Below are positions 58,869 through 64,000 of a DNA stretch of 64,000 nucleotides, piece by piece. Each line of letters starts with the position of its first letter. The stretch's first letter is position 1. A program made the position numbers and the translations under genes. The notes under the pieces are model-generated. The model was not told where the DNA came from. It was given only the letters and a program-made list of their open reading frames with translations, and ran no database searches. Source of the stretch: Octopus vulgaris (lineage: Eukaryota); NCBI GenBank assembly GCA_951406725.2, contig OX597832.1, positions 19,902,001-19,966,000 on the forward strand, given 5' to 3'.

Positions 58869-58936
<68 letters not shown>

Positions 58937-59236
58937 GCTTTATATATTATATAAACAGCAATCTCACTTTGACTCTCTCCTGGTATTTCAATATGGGTAA
59001 ACGTGTTTTCCTGCTCTGGTATGAATGCATATACATATACACAAACATATATACCCACATACATATACGGTCATATAAAAGTATATATACACACATGACT
59101 ACATATCAGTCTTGGTAAATATACACATGCTTAAATGGTAATTATGTGCATATATATATAGAGACATGTATATAAAAACACATATCTATACATATGCATT
59201 TACATATATCTGTATCTATTTATATGTATATATATA

Positions 59237-59278
<42 letters not shown>

Positions 59279-59619
59279 TACTCAAACATGTACACACATA
59301 CTTACACACACACACACACATATATATATATATTTATATATATATCACACACGCATGCACATACAAAACACTCAAAGTTACATGGACACAAGGATAGCTA
59401 TATGCGTATCTATGTCCATATATATATACATGCATACATATATATATATATATCGTATGACCAAGCAAAGAGTTGTTAGCAGGCAAGCAAAGATGAGTGA
59501 AGCGTGTCTCGAACCACTATGAAACAAGTGTTCCAGTAAAACATCACACACATAAATAAATAAATAATGAAATAGCATAACGAACAAACAAACATATATA
59601 TATATACACATATATACAC

Positions 59620-59651
<32 letters not shown>

Positions 59652-59996
59652 GCATACATGCATAAATGAATATGTAAAAGAAGCAAACAAATAGCGCTCA
59701 ACACCATTCATGCACATCTGATTCAGACTGAGAAGTAGTGAAAAAATAATAATGATAGAAACAAAAAGAACTTAACAAAAGAAATAGGGAAATCCGATGA
59801 TAAATAAATAAATAAAGAAGTAAATAAAAATATATATCATAGAAATAAAGCAGAAAATGTTATCAGCAAATCCAAAATTTGGACTCGTAAACGCGTACGT
59901 AAATACACAGGATGAAAAAAAAAGAGCCTACACGCTCACTCACACACAAATGAATGTAAGATCATATATATATACATGTGTGTGTGTGTGAATATT

Positions 59997-60027
<31 letters not shown>

Positions 60028-60214
60028 ATGTGTGTATGTGTATATATATATATATATATATATAAATATATGCATGTATGCGTATGTACATATATGTATG
60101 CATGTGCATACATAAACATATATATATATACATACATACATACATATATATGTATACATATGTATATAAGTATATACGTTTGTAAATATATATATGTGTG
60201 TATATATTCATATT

Positions 60215-60250
<36 letters not shown>

Positions 60251-61272
60251 TGCATATACATATATATACATATGTATATAAATATATATTAATATATGTG
60301 TGTGTATGTGTGTGTTTGTGCGGGAGTATGTGTGACTTTGTGTGCTTATACATGTGTTTGTGTGAGTGTCTGTGTTGTGTGCGTGTGTGTTCTCGCTGTG
60401 TGTAGTGTTGTACTGTGTTTGTGGATTGCGTGCGTAAGTACGCGCATATGTGTGTATGTGTTTGTGTGTCACAAATGTGTGTGTGTGTGTGTCTGTGTGT
60501 CACAAATGAAAATATAATCTTATATCGAATTAGGTACGTAAATAAAATAAACGAAAAACAAAATTTAAATAAAGAATAATAGAAAGCAAATGGAAATTGG
60601 ACAAAAACAAATATAAAGAAATGAAAAAAAAAACGAAAATAAATAAATGAATAACTAAATAAATTACGAAAGAAAGACAGACAGACAGAAAGAAAGAAAG
60701 GAGGGAAGAAAAGAAAGAATACATTCGGCCTGTTTACAAGTTGGAATCTACCTAATATTCTACGAAGCAAGAAACTTTATGACGCATGGGCTTGTTAAGT
60801 TGTGGATTATTAACCGTGTGTATTTTTGGGTTTCACCTTGAGGTCGCTTACTGTCATAGAAACGTTAAAAAAAAAATCACAAAAGTAAAAATAGATACAA
60901 AAATGAAATAAGTAAAAAAAAAATATCATCAAATATATATGATGACGGTGACGATCACACACCAAAAAAAAAAATCATTAAAACAAATAAGTATACTTGT
61001 AAAAAAAAAAAAATAGCGAAGAAAAAAAATCGCACATGAACATTTGACACGATACCTACAACGCTCTCGTGTGAGTTATTGGCCATGAGAACTAGCTTAC
61101 TGTGAAGAAAATATGAAGTTGAGTATAGGAGGTGTGTGTAAGTGAATATGTACGTGTATTTATGTGTCTATATATTTTCTCTGTCTTGTACACGTGGTTA
61201 AATTGATATACTAAAAACCGATTTAGGACAGTTGAGAGGACACGATATCTGACCTACACAATATACATACAT

Positions 61273-61328
<56 letters not shown>

Positions 61329-61353
61329 ATATATATGTATGTATATATATATA

Positions 61354-61397
<44 letters not shown>

Positions 61398-61519
61398 CAC
61401 TCCAAATTAAATTCATGTATTTTTATGTATATATGTGTATATATGTATATAGTAACATGTTAATATACCCATCCGGATCAATGCATGTACCAGTAAAAAA
61501 TGATACAGACTGCGTGTTT

Positions 61520-61600
<81 letters not shown>

Positions 61601-61687
61601 GAGAGAGAGAGAAAGGAAAAAGAGAGAAATATATAGATAGAGACATAGAGATATTTTTGTATATACATATATCTATATATATATATC

Positions 61688-61772
<85 letters not shown>

Positions 61773-61789
61773 TTATTGTGTCTTTTACA

Positions 61790-62168
61790 TGTTTTTTGGG
61801 CCATTCAGGGGCATCGTTTGTAAAGAATTTCTACTGTAAATTTATCGACCCAAGTACTTTATATTTTTCAACCCTAGTACTTATTGTATCGCTCTATCGA
61901 CGAGCCTCTAATTTACGAAGACGGAAACACATGGACATCGGTCGTCATGTGGTGGTTAGGGACAGAAACACAGACACGACCACACACAGACTTATAAACA
62001 TATCGGCATATACACATGCAATCACTTTAATTCGGTTTCCCTCTACTGTATCCACTTACAAGATTTTAATCGGCCCGAGTTTAACACTTTCCCATGTTTC
62101 AACAATGGGATTGAACTAGGAACCATGTGATAGACAAGCAATCTTCGTACTACACAGTCACTCCTGCG
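61790..62168 (-). mobile_element. Old degenerate SINE family B
   Basis: CTAGTACTTATT..TCGGCCCGAG..GGAACCATGTGATAGACAAGCAA..CACAGTCACTCCTGCG is collinear with family B. Confidence 0.7.
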
Positions 62169-62372
62169 TGATGATGATTCTGTCAGATCGCTGCCTTAAA
62201 TATAATGATGTTTACTCCCATCATTTTCGGAGTACGAGTGGTTGAAAGACATAGAAAGTAAGGAAAGAAAGAAATGCTAAATGGCTTCACTTATTTGCGA
62301 TTGATGCGTGAATGAAATTTGAGTTCAAGAAAAAATTTCGGTATGAAGTTTCAATGGAGACGGGCTTGGGAA

Positions 62373-62606
62373 CAAGGGTTGTAAGGGGTGCAGTGGGGGC
62401 AGGCGCACCCCTTAGAATCTTTGTCGGGTACAAAATCAAAATTTGCACCCTTATTTACTTTTCCGCGTTTAGAAAACAGTGAATAAAAAGTAATCTGCAA
62501 AAGGTAGCCCAAAGTTAGATTTCTTATCAAAGATCAAAGAAAAAACATAAATTTAAAAAATAGGACCTTGTTTGTAAAAATTTCTGCACCTGGGTTTGAA
62601 CCCCTC
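62373..62606. mobile_element. Possible decayed hAT-like MITE
   Basis: Weak TIRs AAGGGTTGTAAGGGGTGCAG and CTGCACCTGGGTTTGAACCCCT; no TSD seen. Confidence 0.3.
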
Positions 62607-62704
62607 TAAGCAAATTTCGTTCCCGAACCAGTGCATTGATGATTTTGATTTTTCCTGGGATTGGGCGGATGTGTCTGCTGCTAGATGTAATTCTTCAATT
62701 GTCA

Positions 62705-62926
62705 TCTGGATGCATCATGACACATTTTATGCCATGCAGATCGATTTAGGCAATTCCTTTCCCAAGATGTCAAGTTAAGCTGTAGAGATTTTAGCGATTG
62801 CTTCAACTTATCCTTATACCTAACAACAGGTCTTCCTTTGCCGCGGTATCTCTCCACTTATTGGCCATACAGAAGAATATTTGGAGTGAGGTCATTTTTC
62901 ATTCGAACACCATGCCCTACTCATCT
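62705..62926 (-). pseudogene. RTE (BovB-like) LINE ORF C-terminal fragment
   Basis: Minus-strand translation R*VGHGVRMKNDLTPNILLYGQ*VERYRGKGRPVVRYKDKLKQSLKSLQLNLTSWERNCLNRSAWHK matches the RTE motif RWxGHVxRM..PKxLLYGEL..GRP..RYKD.LK..W....DRSAW; has in-frame stops. Confidence 0.85.
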
Positions 62927-62968
62927 ACACAGAATTCTCATCATCACTATCATGACCATTTTCATCAT

Positions 62969-63127
62969 CAGAAGAAGAAGAAGGAGGAGGAGGAGAAGGA
63001 GAAGAAGAAGAAGAAGAAGAAGAAGAAGAAGAAGAAGAAGAAGAAAGAGGAGGAGGAGGAGGAGGAGAAGAAGGAGGAGGAGGAGGAGGAGGAGGAGGAG
63101 GAAGAAGAAGAAGAAGAAGAAGAAGAA
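62969..63127. repeat. (GAA)n/(GAG)n compound microsatellite
   Basis: Directly visible. Confidence 0.95.
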
Positions 63128-63329
63128 GGGTTTCCAAGGACATGCCAGTAACACTTTCATTTCCTCCGGTACATGCGGACCTGCTGAGGCTGATATCCAG
63201 CAGCAGAAACTTCTTATGGATTTAGCAATTTTATTGTTTTCTCGAGCCCGTAGACTCATCCAGTTACCCGCTTCCCATCTGAAAGGCACACCGATCCGTT
63301 GCAGAATCCGTGGACAGCAACTTTGATGG

Positions 63330-63478
63330 GATGGGGCATGTCGATCATATCGACTCCAATAATATGACTGGTAATGGAATGAAGGGCAAAGCTGATCTCT
63401 GTGCAATTTGAACTCAGAACATAAAGAGTCGGAAAAAATACTGCTAAATATTTTTGTCCGACATGCTAACGCTTCTGA
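63330..63478 (-). mobile_element. Degenerate family C SINE
   Basis: GTCGATCATATCGAC..ATGAAGGGCAAAG..AATTTGAACTCAGAAC..ATGCTAACG. Confidence 0.65.
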
Positions 63479-64000
63479 AAACTTAACAGGATTTATTAAC
63501 AGATTAAAGGTAATTCGAAGCTAGATTTGTAACCGAATGTGCATAGAATCGAATTAACCTCTAAAGACAACCAACGGCCTACGAATATGATGCTAGATAC
63601 GTTATGTTCGGCATATTACCATTCAAATTTTTACAAAAGTCAATAACATGTACCTAAGAGTTCAATCTAAATATGGATTTACAAAAGTCAACATGATTAT
63701 ATATTTGTCTTCAAATATATATTCCTAAAAGTTAATCATTCACTAATATTAAACTTTGCACAATTTATGTAACTACCATCTTGTACTTCAGATCAATCAC
63801 TTTTAATAACTATTCCTGTAAGAGAAAAATTGATAGACCACAGGAATTCTGATGCCATTGTGACATAGTCCAGTGTCAACAGTGAGAAGTACTTTCGACT
63901 GAAAACATAACAAGGTACGCTGATGGAACTAGCACGGGTGAGTACAGCAAGGATGAGATTGCGTCTTTAAATCGAAACAACAGACCATGATGCACATTAA

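Noticed and set aside
62798-63406. Poly-K/E/R/L ORFs
   Set aside because: (GAA/GAG)n tract plus the antisense strand of an RTE fragment.

Overview
AT-rich eukaryotic non-coding DNA. The SINE families and very high microsatellite load resemble an Octopus (coleoid cephalopod) genome; this is recognition from memory, not a search result. I can support no protein-coding gene, and almost all listed ORFs are translations of simple repeats. The window contains four tRNA-headed SINE families (my labels A-D; six copies have readable 11-16 bp target-site duplications), an internally deleted mariner, two Tc1/mariner-type MITEs, two decayed RTE-LINE 3' fragments and many microsatellites. Best leads: (1) a 118-bp palindrome at 47324-47441 that encodes a type I hammerhead ribozyme fold, with weaker hammerhead-like motifs elsewhere; (2) a 210-bp inverted duplication bracketing 3.9 kb whose outer 97 bp are identical; (3) SINE head/tail swapping and reciprocal nesting; (4) several non-SINE hairpins, some pre-miRNA-like.
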